Shown here one piece after another: positions 41,725-42,310 of a stretch of DNA of 42,310 bases (position 1 is the stretch's first letter; each line of letters opens with the position of its first letter). The notes beneath the pieces were generated by a model. That model did not search any database and was not told the origin of the DNA. It saw nothing but the letters and a program-made list of their open reading frames with translations. The stretch comes from a virus, in IMG/VR virus record IMGVR_UViG_3300043538_000001, positions 1-42,310 of that record; one strand, 5' to 3'. The position numbers and the translations under genes are program-made.

Positions 41725-42310
41725 ATGCCTTACAGGAACGACCCGAAGTTTCATAGCGTGCTCAGGAGCATCGAGGAAATGACCGCGCGACATGTTGCCT
41801 CAAACATCGCGAGCCCGCCCAGGCTTTACCCCTGGAAGTTCGACCGATCGAACTATCGCGACTCGTATCTCGTCCAGCAATTCAGCGAGGAGCAAGTCCA
41901 GGCGTCGATCATGGCCGAGCTCGAGTTCTATCGGATCGATGCGATCGCCATCGACGCCGGCATGAAACGAGCCCGCGGAAAGATGCTCGCCGGCGCGCGC
42001 CGAGCTGGGCAAGACGTTTCGAAAATTGTGGATTTTACCGGCGGCGGGATGGCGGCCGGCTTTTCCGACCTACACGGCACACTCGCGCCGGAAGGGATCT
42101 CGTTCTACTGCGAGGTCAAAGCTCCAGCCTGGATTGACCCCGATAGCCCCGCTCGCATCATCCGCGAGGCAGGCAAGCCGACGGAGGAACAACTCGGCTT
42201 CCTGGATTCGAAACACTCACGAGGGGCGATCGTTCTGATCGCCTGGTCCGTTTCCGACGTGCTCAGACTTCTCGGCAATCGGACGGACAAAAATCGCGCG
42301 GCCGTGGGCT
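41725..42310 (+). CDS. VRR-NUC domain (PD-(D/E)xK) nuclease. The ORF runs off the window end and finishes at TGA 136-138 after circular closure (198 aa).
   Basis: ATG 41725 follows GGAGAG. The manual in-frame translation contains ...GFSDLHGTLAPEGISFYCEVKAPAWID...GKPTEEQLGFLDSKHSRGAIVLIAWSVSDVLRLL, i.e. the D...ExK core plus the following TxxQ helix typical of VRR-NUC. It is absent from the supplied ORF track because no stop occurs inside the window. Confidence 0.8.
   Translation, partial: MPYRNDPKFHSVLRSIEEMTARHVASNIASPPRLYPWKFDRSNYRDSYLVQQFSEEQVQASIMAELEFYRIDAIAIDAGMKRARGKMLAGARRAGQDVSKIVDFTGGGMAAGFSDLHGTLAPEGISFYCEVKAPAWIDPDSPARIIREAGKPTEEQLGFLDSKHSRGAIVLIAWSVSDVLRLLGNRTDKNRAAVG
42184..42310. 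repeat. Direct terminal repeat, copy 2 (identical to 1..127)
   Basis: Exact 127-nt match to the window start, read directly from the sequence. Confidence 0.95.

Noticed and set aside
1-42310. A lysogeny module (integrase, excisionase, divergent repressor), CRISPR array, rRNA, or known defence/anti-defence genes.
   Set aside because: No tyrosine or serine recombinase motifs, repeat-spacer arrays or recognisable defence domains were found in any frame. This negative rests on reading by eye only.

Overview
The window is one complete tailed-phage genome. Bases 1-127 are repeated exactly at 42184-42310, giving a unique length of 42183 bp, either circularly closed or terminally redundant. It is high-GC, and every gene I can support lies on the + strand; the only candidate on the other strand is a weak 37-aa ORF at 11783-11896 that I do not list as a feature. 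Most neighbouring genes have overlapping stop and start codons (ATGA, GTGA, TTGA, TGATG, TAATG).

Gene order, starting after the 36749-37096 non-coding gap:
- Early and regulatory genes: a tandem-HTH regulator and several small ORFs.
- Recombination module: YqaJ-type exonuclease, a putative annealase, and a VRR-NUC nuclease that spans the contig junction.
- Replication and early genes: a replisome-organizer-like protein, an SMC/Rad50-like ATPase, Zn-ribbon proteins, a free-standing LAGLIDADG homing endonuclease, and an RNase H whose catalytic N-terminus lies in a different reading frame.
- A second non-coding gap at 6417-6673.
- Lambda-like packaging and head genes: Nu1-like TerS, GpA-type TerL, a gpW-like protein, a lambda-type portal, and one ORF fusing an S78 protease to an HK97-fold capsid protein.
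- A neck/appendage block.
- Siphovirus tail genes: terminator, tube, G/GT chaperones with a T7 slippery site, and a 930-aa tape measure.
- A GTA/lambda-type tail tip: BR0599/gpL-like, J-like and DUF2793-like proteins.
- Lysis genes: a GH19 endolysin and small membrane proteins.

I found no tRNA, rRNA, CRISPR array, integrase or reverse transcriptase. All functional calls come from motifs recognised by eye plus gene order; no searches were run. The main second-look items are the RNase H frame break, the accessory cassette inserted between terL and the gpW-like/portal genes, the protease-capsid fusion with an internal ribosome-binding site, the AT-rich 18-bp palindrome after terL, the two repeat-bearing non-coding hubs, and the junction-spanning nuclease gene missing from the ORF track.
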